Below, piece by piece: positions 43,656-53,041 of a stretch of 64,000 nucleotides of DNA. How positions within the stretch are numbered: the stretch's first letter is position 1; each line of letters opens with the position of its first letter. The DNA lies in NCBI GenBank assembly GCA_002722155.1, contig PBKS01000016.1, positions 1,391-65,390 of the forward strand. Direction: 5' to 3'. The position numbers were made by a program, and so were the translations under genes. Source of the stretch: Chloroflexota bacterium (GTDB lineage: Bacteria > Chloroflexota > Dehalococcoidia > Lucifugimonadales > UBA826). The notes below the pieces were generated by a model that made no database searches, was not told the origin of the DNA, and was given only the letters and a program-made list of their open reading frames with translations.

Positions 43656-44576
43656 TCAAATTCCGAATCTGTCACCTACTTTCAATCCATGTGATTCAAT
43701 AAAATCTGAGGCCATAATTTTAGCTTCTCGGTCTACTTTGATTCTTCCTACATTGATGGTCCCATTCGGAACAGACAAACTGAACGACGCATCAGATATT
43801 TTTGTTACGGTTCCCGGAAGTTCATCAAGCTCTGAAAGTTCAAAAGTTGTGTTGAATAGAGATATTGGCTTTTTGTTCCACAATGTATTGGCTCCAGGGC
43901 TGGGATCAGACCCTCTGATTAAATTGTATATTTCCGTGCCGGGTTTATTCCAATCAATGATTACGTCACCCGACCTGCACCACCCTTCGTAGGTGGCTTT
44001 GCTGTGGTCTTGTTCAACCCTAGGGGCAGTACCATTTTTAACCATTTCTACTGCTTCAACCATTGCTTCTATTCCAGCAGGGTAAAGTTTGCCAAAATAA
44101 ACGGACCCTAAAGTGTCAGTGTCAGTAATCTCAAATTCCTTCTGTAAAAGTATTGGACCCGTATCCAGACCTTTGTCTGGCCAAAAAATGGTAAGTCCAG
44201 TTTTTGATTTACCTTGGATAATGGGCCAATTAATGGAGCTAGGTCCTCTATGTTCAGGAAGTAAAGATGGATGATACTGGATAGTTCCGGAACTAGGTGC
44301 TTCGAGGATTTCATCTGGGACGATATCTGTAACAAAGGCCATCACACATAGATCTATGTTAAGGGACAAAAATTCGCTGATTGCATCTTTATCACGCATT
44401 CTTTTGTATTGGAATACCTCTATTTGATGTTCTAAGGCTGCAGATTTTATAGGGTCCACAGATCTACCTGGAATGTCCGGGGGACAAAGCACTGCTACTA
44501 CGTTTTCCTCATTATTTACCAACGCATTTAATACATCCTTTCCAAAGGCGGCTTGTCCTATTACGGCGATTTTCAT
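43656..44576 (-). CDS. Formyltransferase family protein resembling the 10-formyl-THF hydrolase domain of ALDH1L1/FDH
   Basis: MKIAVIGQAAFG, YHPSLLPEHRGPSSINW, FWPDKGLDTG, ATYEG, IRGSDPSPGA. Confidence 0.8.
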   Translation of the reverse strand: MKIAVIGQAAFGKDVLNALVNNEENVVAVLCPPDIPGRSVDPIKSAALEHQIEVFQYKRMRDKDAISEFLSLNIDLCVMAFVTDIVPDEILEAPSSGTIQYHPSLLPEHRGPSSINWPIIQGKSKTGLTIFWPDKGLDTGPILLQKEFEITDTDTLGSVYFGKLYPAGIEAMVEAVEMVKNGTAPRVEQDHSKATYEGWCRSGDVIIDWNKPGTEIYNLIRGSDPSPGANTLWNKKPISLFNTTFELSELDELPGTVTKISDASFSLSVPNGTINVGRIKVDREAKIMASDFIESHGLKVGDRFGI

Positions 44577-44637
44577 ATCAATATCTCCTATACGGTCATT
44601 TGGGAGGTATGGTTCATGCTGGAATATAACACATCAA

Positions 44638-44666
44638 TTGACCATACCTTTCGGTGAACATAATAT
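44638..44666 (+). promoter_or_regulatory. Putative sigma70 promoter for the CoA-transferase/lyase genes
   Basis: TTGACC-N17-TAATAT. Confidence 0.45.
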
Positions 44667-44725
44667 GAGAGTAGTTAATTGCAGATTCATTTGCTCATAC
44701 AACTATTTTAGAGAAGAGGTTAATT

Positions 44726-45973
44726 TTGGTCGAAGTCAAAAAATCGATGTCCCCTTTATCGGGTCTTCGGGTACTTGGAGTGACTGTTTACCTGGCAGGA
44801 CCGTTTACGATGATGAATTTAGCTAGGTTGGGGGCTGAATGTGTAAAAGTAGAAATGCCGGGAGTTGGAGATCCATCCAGAGGAAATGGACCTTTTGCTT
44901 CTCCTGAAGGATATGTGGAAACGCAGGAATCTGAAAAGCATCTTTCGACGCGGTTTCTCAAAAGAGCCCAAGGCCTGAAAAGCGTGACCTTAAATCTAAA
45001 GGACCCGAAAGGTCTGGAAATATTTATGGAGCTAGTTAAAAAGTCAGATGTACTAGTGGAAAATTTATCTCCAGGTGCGATGAAGAGATTAGGGTTGGGT
45101 TACGAGGAGGTAATAAAAGTTAATCCTGGAATTATTTACACTTCTATTTCAGGATATGGTCAATCCGGTCCGCATTCCCATAGAAAGGCCCATGATCCAC
45201 AAATACAAGGTATGAGTGGTCTCATGGATATAAATGGATCAGAAAGTGAACCTCCCACAAGAGTTGGGTTTTATATTGGGGATTTGGTAACACCTCTATT
45301 TGCCTGTTATTCGGTTCTAGCAGCGCTTAGAGAGAAGGATAAGACTGGTTTCGGTCAATATTTGGACGTCTCCATGATGGATTCGTTGACCTCCCTGATG
45401 TTTATGGAAAATTTGGAGGAAGCCATTATGTATGGTGAACCACTCAGGCAGGGAAATAATAGCCGTGGGGGGCCGATGGGTTTATATCACACTAAAGATG
45501 GAGATATAACCTTAACTGTGGCTAGTGATGATCAGTGGAACAGGCTGGCTAAAGCGTTGGACTCCTCGGAATTAATAGAAGACCCGAAATTTGCAACTTT
45601 TATTGAAAGAAATCGGAATGTTGCTGAGGCTAGAGAGATAGTGCAGGGCCTACTTGATCGTTACACTAGAGACGAAGCGATAAAATTATTAGAGGAAAAT
45701 AACGTTCCCTGTGGGTTGGTAAGAACAGTACCTGAAATAATAGAAGACCCACATTTTTGGGATCGAGGAACCCTCCAACCGATGAAAAGTTCAGCTTATG
45801 TTGACGCTGTTCCCGGAATTGCGTCAGGATTTCCGGTTGATTTTTCAGGCGGTGAATTACCTCAATCAACAGGGGCACCAATGTTAGGTGAGCATAACCA
45901 CGAAATATATGAGGAGATCCTCGGTATTGCCCCACAAGATCTAGAGGAATTTGAACGAAAAGGAATTATTTGA
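44726..45973 (+). CDS. CoA-transferase family III (CaiB/BaiF)
   Basis: PLSGLRVL, LAGPF, LGAECVKVE, SVTLNLK, VENLSPG, SISGYGQSGP, APMLGEHN. Confidence 0.9.
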   Translation: MVEVKKSMSPLSGLRVLGVTVYLAGPFTMMNLARLGAECVKVEMPGVGDPSRGNGPFASPEGYVETQESEKHLSTRFLKRAQGLKSVTLNLKDPKGLEIFMELVKKSDVLVENLSPGAMKRLGLGYEEVIKVNPGIIYTSISGYGQSGPHSHRKAHDPQIQGMSGLMDINGSESEPPTRVGFYIGDLVTPLFACYSVLAALREKDKTGFGQYLDVSMMDSLTSLMFMENLEEAIMYGEPLRQGNNSRGGPMGLYHTKDGDITLTVASDDQWNRLAKALDSSELIEDPKFATFIERNRNVAEAREIVQGLLDRYTRDEAIKLLEENNVPCGLVRTVPEIIEDPHFWDRGTLQPMKSSAYVDAVPGIASGFPVDFSGGELPQSTGAPMLGEHNHEIYEEILGIAPQDLEEFERKGII

Positions 45974-45994
45974 GATTAATCAAAAAGTGAGGGA

Positions 45995-46900
45995 TTGATG
46001 AGAGATCAAGCTAAACCATTGCGGACCATGCTTTATGTGCCTGCTAACAAAGAGGATTGGGTTAGGAAAGCTCCGAAATATGGAGCAGATGCCCTTATCT
46101 TAGATATTGAAGATTCTGTGCCTTTAGATGAGAAGCAAAACGCGCGCGAAATTGTTTCTAGGATGGTCCCAGAATTAGCTGCAGAGGGTATCACCGTATT
46201 AGTAAGAGTTAATGATCTTGATACGGGATTTACAGCAGAAGATATTTCTTACGCTGTTCAAGAAGGCCTCTACGCGATTACGCTGCCGATGGTGAAAGGA
46301 GCTTCAGATGTAAAGGAACTGGATTCTCTAATTTCTAGAGAGGAGAAGAAAAAAAATATAGATGCAGGAAAAGTATTGATAGACCCGGGTTTGGAAACAG
46401 CTACAGGGCTGCGGTTTGCTTATGAAGTAGGAACCTCATCAGATCGAGTCGCTCACATGGGTGCTGGAGGAGGTAGGGGAGGAGATATAGCTCGGGCTGT
46501 AGGATATCAATGGACTCCTGAGGGTACAGAAACCTTATTTATCCGTTCAAAAGTGCTACTAGACTCTCGTGCAGCAGGTGTGCCCTACCCGTTGACCGGC
46601 TTGTGGCAGGATATACATGACCATGAAGGGTTAAGGAGTTTTGCTCAACATTCAAGGGAATTAGGGTACAACGGCATGACAGTTATACATCCATCCCACG
46701 TTCCAATAGTTAACGAAATATTTTCTCCGAGTAAAGATGAGATAAGTGAGTGGCAAGGTTTAGTTCAATCAATGAAGGAAATTAGGGAGAGTGGAGGCGC
46801 TGCTGTTTCCTTCCAAGGGGGAATGGTGGATATTGCTCACGAAAAGACGGCTTTGCAAATGCTTGATATGGCTCGTGCTTTGGGATTATTAGATGATTAA
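45995..46900 (+). CDS. CitE/malyl-CoA lyase-like CoA-ester lyase
   Basis: RTMLYVPAN, ADALILDIEDSV, VRVND, ETATG, VIHPSHVPIVNEIFSP, GMVD. Confidence 0.88.
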   Translation: MMRDQAKPLRTMLYVPANKEDWVRKAPKYGADALILDIEDSVPLDEKQNAREIVSRMVPELAAEGITVLVRVNDLDTGFTAEDISYAVQEGLYAITLPMVKGASDVKELDSLISREEKKKNIDAGKVLIDPGLETATGLRFAYEVGTSSDRVAHMGAGGGRGGDIARAVGYQWTPEGTETLFIRSKVLLDSRAAGVPYPLTGLWQDIHDHEGLRSFAQHSRELGYNGMTVIHPSHVPIVNEIFSPSKDEISEWQGLVQSMKEIRESGGAAVSFQGGMVDIAHEKTALQMLDMARALGLLDD

Positions 46901-47409
46901 CCGGATGTGCCGATAATTTCTTTCACAGATTGGTCGATTAGTCCCTCTAAATTTTTACTTGGGGTACCATCTTCATTCCAATGCTCTCCCCAGGAGTAAA
47001 TTACCTTGCTAGCAACCGCAGCTCCTAGGGTTCTAACCATCGGGGACAAACCATGCTCTATCGACAAAGCGTGTTCTGCAGATCCTCCAGTTTGGATGGG
47101 TAGTACTACTTTACCTGACAGGGCATTTTCCGGAAACTGATCAAAAAAAGTTTTTATTAAACCTGTGTAGGTGGCTCTATAGGTCGGGGTGGCGGCTAGA
47201 ATCACATCCGAATCAAGGATACGCTCTATAGAAGCACTCAATATATTATCTTTACTTCTGAATAACAGAGCTTCAGACGATATATCAGATAAATCTAATA
47301 CTGCCGTGTTCCATTCTTCTTTGGGCAGCCTATCAATAAAAAGATTTACGATTTTTTCCGATGACGATCCTGAAAATGGACTTCCCAATACAGCCGATAA
47401 TATTTTCAA
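46897..47409 (-). CDS. NADPH-dependent FMN reductase (SsuE-like)
   Basis: LGSPFSGSSS, ATPTYRATYTGLIKTFFD, TGGSAEHAL. Confidence 0.88.
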   Translation of the reverse strand: MKILSAVLGSPFSGSSSEKIVNLFIDRLPKEEWNTAVLDLSDISSEALLFRSKDNILSASIERILDSDVILAATPTYRATYTGLIKTFFDQFPENALSGKVVLPIQTGGSAEHALSIEHGLSPMVRTLGAAVASKVIYSWGEHWNEDGTPSKNLEGLIDQSVKEIIGTSG

Positions 47410-48533
47410 AGCAAATGTTTTCCTGTGACTACATGCTTTTTGTGATATTTGTTGACCGATTCTTTGAGGATAGGAATTAATTCTTTACCCCAGTAAACAG
47501 CGTCATTATATGCATCAAAACCTCTAATTAATAAGGTAGTGCAGCCTAATTGGTAATATTTCATCAGTGAATCGGATACTTGTTCAGCCGTACCTACAAG
47601 AGCAGTAGTGTTGCCCGCACCACCAGTTGCGGCCGCTATAGGAGTGTAAAGTCGGTCATCTAATATTTCCCCATCTTTTGCAAAATCTACAAGGCGTTGC
47701 GATCCAACAGACTCTAGTCTTTCCTTTCCTGCACCATGCATAGAATTCTGCTTCGTTTTTAGAACATGTTCTAGTGTGGAATGGGCAATGTCCCAGGCTT
47801 CTGATTCAGTGTCAGCCACTATTGGTCTCGTAGAAACGGAAAATCTTACGGATTTTGGATCTCTTCCAATTGCTTTTAACCTGTTAGTGAATAATTTGAT
47901 TTTTTCCCCAACTTCTTTGAGTGGTTCTCCCCACATAGCGTATACATCACATTCTTTCGCTCCGATTTTTAAGGCTGCTTCAGAGGCTCCTCCGAAATAA
48001 AGGGGAATATGTGGTTTCTGAAAGCATTCAAAATCGCTTTTCGCTTGCTCAAAATTATAAAACTCACCTTTATGGTCAAGAGGTGTTCTCGATGTCCATA
48101 AAGTCTTAAGGATGTTCATGAACTCTCCCGACCTTCGATATCTAGAATCATGATCCAGAAAATCACCATCTCGCTTTTGTTCTAAATCGCCGCCACCGCT
48201 TATGATATGTAAAGCAATTCTTCCCTGGGTTAATTGATCAACAGTCGCTGCTTTTCTACTCAATACTGTTGGGCTGACAAATCCAGGGCGGTGAGCGACT
48301 AAAAATCCAAGTTTTTCTGTGTTGGCTGCGCCATGCATAGCGACTATAAACCCGTCTGCAGACGAAGATGTGTAACCCACCAAAACTTTATCGAATCCGC
48401 TATCTTCATGAGCTTTAGAAAAATCGGTGATATAACCTCCATCTACTCCGCCACCAATAACGTGTACCTCTGCACCTTTGCTTCCGGTACCTTCTCTTAC
48501 CGCCCCAATCATACCGATTATTTCTAGGTTCAT
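47406..48533 (-). CDS. LLM flavin-dependent monooxygenase (SsuD/alkanesulfonate-like)
   Basis: AHEDSGFDKVL, LVAHRPGF, PLYFGGAS, TALVGT; coupled to the FMN reductase gene. Confidence 0.87.
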   Translation of the reverse strand: MNLEIIGMIGAVREGTGSKGAEVHVIGGGVDGGYITDFSKAHEDSGFDKVLVGYTSSSADGFIVAMHGAANTEKLGFLVAHRPGFVSPTVLSRKAATVDQLTQGRIALHIISGGGDLEQKRDGDFLDHDSRYRRSGEFMNILKTLWTSRTPLDHKGEFYNFEQAKSDFECFQKPHIPLYFGGASEAALKIGAKECDVYAMWGEPLKEVGEKIKLFTNRLKAIGRDPKSVRFSVSTRPIVADTESEAWDIAHSTLEHVLKTKQNSMHGAGKERLESVGSQRLVDFAKDGEILDDRLYTPIAAATGGAGNTTALVGTAEQVSDSLMKYYQLGCTTLLIRGFDAYNDAVYWGKELIPILKESVNKYHKKHVVTGKHLL

Positions 48534-48551
48534 GGATTTATCCTAATTTCT

Positions 48552-49685
48552 CTATGCATATCGAGGAAGTATATGCTCTGAAAAAAGATTAATCGAATTC
48601 ATAGCAGTTTGGTGATCAATGTCCCCCCATTGGAATGAACATACAAAATAATTGGCTCCAGTTTCAATGTATTCTTCCAAGTAACGCTGTACTGATTTAG
48701 GGGATCCTGCTAGAGCGACTCCGCCCAACCTAGTAGGGTCTTTTCGTTTGGCTTGCTGGTCAAAGCGTTCAATTTCAGCTTCTATATCTTTCCTAGTTTC
48801 TCTGGATGGCAAATTTGCTGGCCTATCTCCGACAAATCCAAAGGAACCATCCTTTGATGTTTGGAATTGTGTTAACCCTCTCTTTTCCGCTTCGATTCGG
48901 CGAGGAGCGGCCAAATTCCATTTATATTTGTCCCAGGCAGGACTAGCTTTATTTATGGCTTCTTCATCCGTGTCAGCCACTACCATATGCACCACTAAGC
49001 CGATTTTAGGATTTTGGCCTTGGGGATTTAAGGATCCTTCACCGTGAGTTTTGTTCCAAACTTGGTGAAATCTTTTAGTTTCGGTCTTAAGTCTTTCTAA
49101 AGTTCCTACTATAACCGTATTCATTCCCTCCAAGGCCGCAGTTTCGGCGTTTCTCATATACCACATAGGAGGATAAGGTTTTTGGATTGGTTCGAGTCTC
49201 ATGGGGAGGTTTTCAAATTGGTGAAATTTTCCTTTGAAAGTTAAATTTTCAGAACTGAGGCCTTTTCTAATGACTTCCAATGTTTCGAGGTACCTATGAT
49301 AATTGGTATCTGAGTCACTATTTTGGCCCCAAAAAAAAGCCTCCATTACTCCTCCTCTACCAACCCCAACTTCTAACCTACCATTGCTTAAATGATCTAA
49401 CATGCTGATTTCTTCAATCAGCCTTAGGGGATGATGGAGCGGTAACACATAAACACAGGGTGCCAACTTTATATGCTTTGTCCTTTGAGATGCGGCAGCC
49501 AAGAAAACGTTTTGGGATGGTGCCAAGCTGTGGACTGCTGGTGTGTGATGTTCAGCAAGATGATATGCATAAAATCCGCGTTGGTCCAAAATCTCAATTT
49601 GTTCCATCCGAAGGCGGTAAACTTCCGTGAGAATCATTTCTGAGACAGGTTCTATATGATCGAAAACACCGAATTGAAGAGCCAA
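48552..49685 (-). CDS. LLM class flavin-dependent oxidoreductase
   Basis: LAEHH, PLHHPLRLIEE, LDHLSNGRLEVGVGRG, PIQKPYPP. Confidence 0.88.
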   Translation of the reverse strand: MALQFGVFDHIEPVSEMILTEVYRLRMEQIEILDQRGFYAYHLAEHHTPAVHSLAPSQNVFLAAASQRTKHIKLAPCVYVLPLHHPLRLIEEISMLDHLSNGRLEVGVGRGGVMEAFFWGQNSDSDTNYHRYLETLEVIRKGLSSENLTFKGKFHQFENLPMRLEPIQKPYPPMWYMRNAETAALEGMNTVIVGTLERLKTETKRFHQVWNKTHGEGSLNPQGQNPKIGLVVHMVVADTDEEAINKASPAWDKYKWNLAAPRRIEAEKRGLTQFQTSKDGSFGFVGDRPANLPSRETRKDIEAEIERFDQQAKRKDPTRLGGVALAGSPKSVQRYLEEYIETGANYFVCSFQWGDIDHQTAMNSINLFSEHILPRYA

Positions 49686-49821
49686 TAATTTTCCTTGATG
49701 TTGATTATAGTTAGTCTAATTAAAGATAAAGTTTCTTGATCAGTATAATACTCGCTATATAATCATCTACGGTATATCAAAAAATGGTGTTAGATTACTT
49801 AAATTATGGGGATAAAGAAAT

Positions 49822-50211
49822 ATGGCTGATCAAAAAGACGATGAACAGTATCGAGATAAACTCACTCCAATGCAATTTGAAGTAACCCGAAATAAAGCTA
49901 CAGAGAGACCATTCACTGGCGAGTATTGGGATACAACAGAGGATGGAACCTACTTGTGTGTGTGCTGTGGGGAAGAACTTTTTTCCTCAGAGACCAAATA
50001 TGATTCGATGTGCGGATGGCCAAGTTTTTACGAACCACTTGTAAATGATCAGATAGAAGAAGAGGAAGATACTACCTTAGGGATGGTTCGGACTGAGGTA
50101 ATTTGTAAGTCTTGTGGTGCTCATCTTGGCCATGTTTTTCCAGATGGGCCTCAACCAACTGGTCTTCGTTACTGTATTAATTCTGCATCTTTAGATTTAA
50201 GAAAAGACTAA
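49822..50211 (+). CDS. msrB: Peptide-methionine (R)-S-oxide reductase
   Basis: [33 protein letters not shown]. Confidence 0.95.
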   Translation: MADQKDDEQYRDKLTPMQFEVTRNKATERPFTGEYWDTTEDGTYLCVCCGEELFSSETKYDSMCGWPSFYEPLVNDQIEEEEDTTLGMVRTEVICKSCGAHLGHVFPDGPQPTGLRYCINSASLDLRKD

Positions 50212-50225
50212 TTAGCGATCCATTA

Positions 50226-51545
50226 TTAGTTGACCATTTGAGAAAATATAGGTTGCAATCGTTTTCTAGCTGCTGATTGTGTTTCGGAATCCTCGATTTC
50301 ATAAATAGGCACATCTTCGTCTGGATCTGACTGCAAATCATGTAATTCCCCAGTTTCGTACAATTTCCACTTATGATCTCGAAGGAACCTGATTTTCTTT
50401 TGGTCGCCAGGTCCATGTCTCCTATTCATTGGCTCGAAGTGAAAGAACATCCAGTCTCTAGGATGCCCCTTTTCTCCCTTTAATTGAGAATAGAAAGATC
50501 TACCATCAATAATGTAACCTTCAGGGAAATCTAGACCTGCGGCTTCAAAAATAGTTGGCAGAAAATCTGTTGCTTCAATTAAATCCGTCTGCACGGTTGC
50601 GGATGGTATAGTTTCTGGCATCGAACAAACTAGAGGAACATGAGTTCCACGGTCATTGGTTTTTCCTTTGCCACCACAAATCTCATTATGCTCATGCATC
50701 ATCGAGCAAACATCGTCTGGACTTCCGTTGTCACCGAGATAAATTACAAGGGTATCTTCCTCTAGTCCTTGATCCTCCAGATAGGTCATTAGTCTGCCTA
50801 CAACTTTGTCGTGATATTCCACCATGTCCCTATAAAATTTGGGGTCATCTTCCCAGGAGCCATCTTCTAGTTCTGCCCAGGTTTTCGCACCTACTGAAAG
50901 ATTAGAAGGAGGATCGAAAGTGTCCCATTCAGGACTGTCCGGAGTTGGTTCATGTGGTTTGTGTGTGGCTGCCATTGGCCAATAGGCAAAGAAGGGTTTG
51001 TCACCGTCTTTTTTTCTCTCTATGAAATCTATTATGTAATCGCAAAATATATCTTCCCCGTATTTCCCGTCGGTATCAGATCGGAAGCTACCATTTTCGT
51101 AGATAACTGGATTTTTGTAACGGGAACCTTTCTCTTCTGTGTGATGAGGGTGCCAGACACAAAATTCTTCAAATCCGGAATCTTCTATTTTTTGCCCAGT
51201 GGATCTTTCCTCTGGATTTTGGTCTAGTGGATTGTATGAGAATAATTGCCATTTTCCGGCTATACAGGTGCTATATCCGGCGTCAGTGAGGAGATGGCCA
51301 AAGGTGACTTCATTTGGTTTGATTAATCCAAATCCGATATAGTTGCGAAAGTTGTATTTCCCGGTCATTAATGAAAGTCGGGTTGGTGTACAAAGTGGCA
51401 TGACATGTGCGTTTTCAAAACGCATACCTTTACCTGCCAATGCATCTATACATGGAGTTTTATACGAAGTACCTCCATTGGCTCCTACTACTTCATATCC
51501 TAGATCGTCCGACATTATTAAAACTATATTAGGCTGCTTAGACAT
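50226..51545 (-). CDS. Sulfatase (formylglycine-dependent family)
   Basis: PNIVLIMSDDLG, CTPTR, LMTGKY, GKW, GDNG. Confidence 0.9.
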   Translation of the reverse strand: MSKQPNIVLIMSDDLGYEVVGANGGTSYKTPCIDALAGKGMRFENAHVMPLCTPTRLSLMTGKYNFRNYIGFGLIKPNEVTFGHLLTDAGYSTCIAGKWQLFSYNPLDQNPEERSTGQKIEDSGFEEFCVWHPHHTEEKGSRYKNPVIYENGSFRSDTDGKYGEDIFCDYIIDFIERKKDGDKPFFAYWPMAATHKPHEPTPDSPEWDTFDPPSNLSVGAKTWAELEDGSWEDDPKFYRDMVEYHDKVVGRLMTYLEDQGLEEDTLVIYLGDNGSPDDVCSMMHEHNEICGGKGKTNDRGTHVPLVCSMPETIPSATVQTDLIEATDFLPTIFEAAGLDFPEGYIIDGRSFYSQLKGEKGHPRDWMFFHFEPMNRRHGPGDQKKIRFLRDHKWKLYETGELHDLQSDPDEDVPIYEIEDSETQSAARKRLQPIFSQMVN

Positions 51546-51573
51546 AACAAATACACTCCATTGCTTTGTGGAT

Positions 51574-52938
51574 TTATTGTGGTCGGCCGAAATATTGACT
51601 CGTAGGTCTCTCTAGCCCTAGGCCTTCTCTCATAGTTTGGCCAGTGTACTCACTTTGAACGGTTCCCATTTCCTGAAGTTTGGGTATTACCATACGGACA
51701 AAATCTTCATAGGCGCCAGGTACATGAGTAGCAGCAAGCATAAAACCATCGCAGCCACCTTCTGTGAACCATTCGGTCATCTCGATAGCAATATTGTTTG
51801 GTGTGCCGCAAAAAACAGGTAATTCGTGGATCGTACCTCTGTTGCTAGCATCTATGAATTCAGAAATTGTTGGTTCTTTACCTTCTTTCATAAACTGCTC
51901 CGCCATTCCTCTGGATCCTGATATGCTGTTCAGCTGTTCTGGTGTCAGCTGGTGATTCATATCGTAGGCTCCAAAGTCGAAATTAAGGAGTTCAGATAAA
52001 AGGGTTAATTTATCAGTGGTGGTTGCAAGGCTTTCAATGAATTTCATTTTTTCGGTGGCTGATTCGGTCGTAGTTCCAGGAATAGCATACGCAGCAGTTA
52101 CTATTTTTATGTCCTGCGGGTTTCTTCCATATTTAGCAGCCCTTTCACGTATATCTTCACCGATTCTTTTGCCTTCCTCTATCGTTTTGAAAACGGCGAA
52201 AATCACTTCACCCCATTTTGCAGCGAAATCTCTTCCTCTTGAGCTTTGCCCAGCTTGCATGACAACAGGGTGGCCTTGTGGAGGCCGAGGAACGGTCAAA
52301 GGGCCTCGAGATTTTACATATGATCCCGTATATTCTAATCTCCGGACTTTGTCAGGGTCTGCGAATATTCCCTCTTCCTTATTCGCTATTAATGCATCAT
52401 CAGCCCATGTGTCCCATAGACCCTCTATAATTTCCATTACCTCATCAGCTTGATCATAACGTTGATCGTGTTTCAAGTGATTTTCCAAGCCAAAATTCTG
52501 AGCCTCTTCATCGTTTAATGAAGTTACGACGTTCCATCCAACTCTTCCACCTGTCATATGGTCCAGGGTGGCGAATAACCTAGCTATGTGAAAAGGTCCA
52601 TGATAGGTGGTGGAATATGTTGCTCCTACACCTAGGTTTTCAGTGGACATCGCCATAGCCATTACAATCGGGATTAAATCAAATTTAACGACTCTTACTC
52701 CATGTATCAACGAATCCTCGATAGAGTCCCTATAGATACCAGGCATTGCCAAGCGATCGTCAATGAAGGCGAAGTGAAATTTTCCATCTTCAAGGGTCCG
52801 AGCTATTCTTTGGAAATACTCTGGAGTTAGGAAATCGGTCATTGTTTCAGGATGGCGCCAAGAAGCTGCGTAATTGGAACAATTTGCAGCTTGCATAAAA
52901 GCACCCAGAATCATTTTATTGTTCTTGTCACCGGACAT
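51574..52938 (-). CDS. NtaA/DmoA/DszA family FMN-dependent monooxygenase
   Basis: WRHPE, LDHMTGGRVGWNVVTS, PQGHPVVMQAGQS, CDGF, TMREGLGL. Confidence 0.9.
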   Translation of the reverse strand: MSGDKNNKMILGAFMQAANCSNYAASWRHPETMTDFLTPEYFQRIARTLEDGKFHFAFIDDRLAMPGIYRDSIEDSLIHGVRVVKFDLIPIVMAMAMSTENLGVGATYSTTYHGPFHIARLFATLDHMTGGRVGWNVVTSLNDEEAQNFGLENHLKHDQRYDQADEVMEIIEGLWDTWADDALIANKEEGIFADPDKVRRLEYTGSYVKSRGPLTVPRPPQGHPVVMQAGQSSRGRDFAAKWGEVIFAVFKTIEEGKRIGEDIRERAAKYGRNPQDIKIVTAAYAIPGTTTESATEKMKFIESLATTTDKLTLLSELLNFDFGAYDMNHQLTPEQLNSISGSRGMAEQFMKEGKEPTISEFIDASNRGTIHELPVFCGTPNNIAIEMTEWFTEGGCDGFMLAATHVPGAYEDFVRMVIPKLQEMGTVQSEYTGQTMREGLGLERPTSQYFGRPQ

Positions 52939-53041
52939 GGTTAACCCAACTCTTATAGTTCAGATATTTGCTGATTTGGAAAATACGTGCAAAACGTTTA
53001 TGTTAACCTGTTTTCATCGACTTATCGAATTTCCTTTAGGA

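Noticed and set aside
49822-50211. MsrB as another selenoprotein
   Set aside because: The catalytic residue is Cys (TGT in RYCINS) and there is no in-frame UGA.
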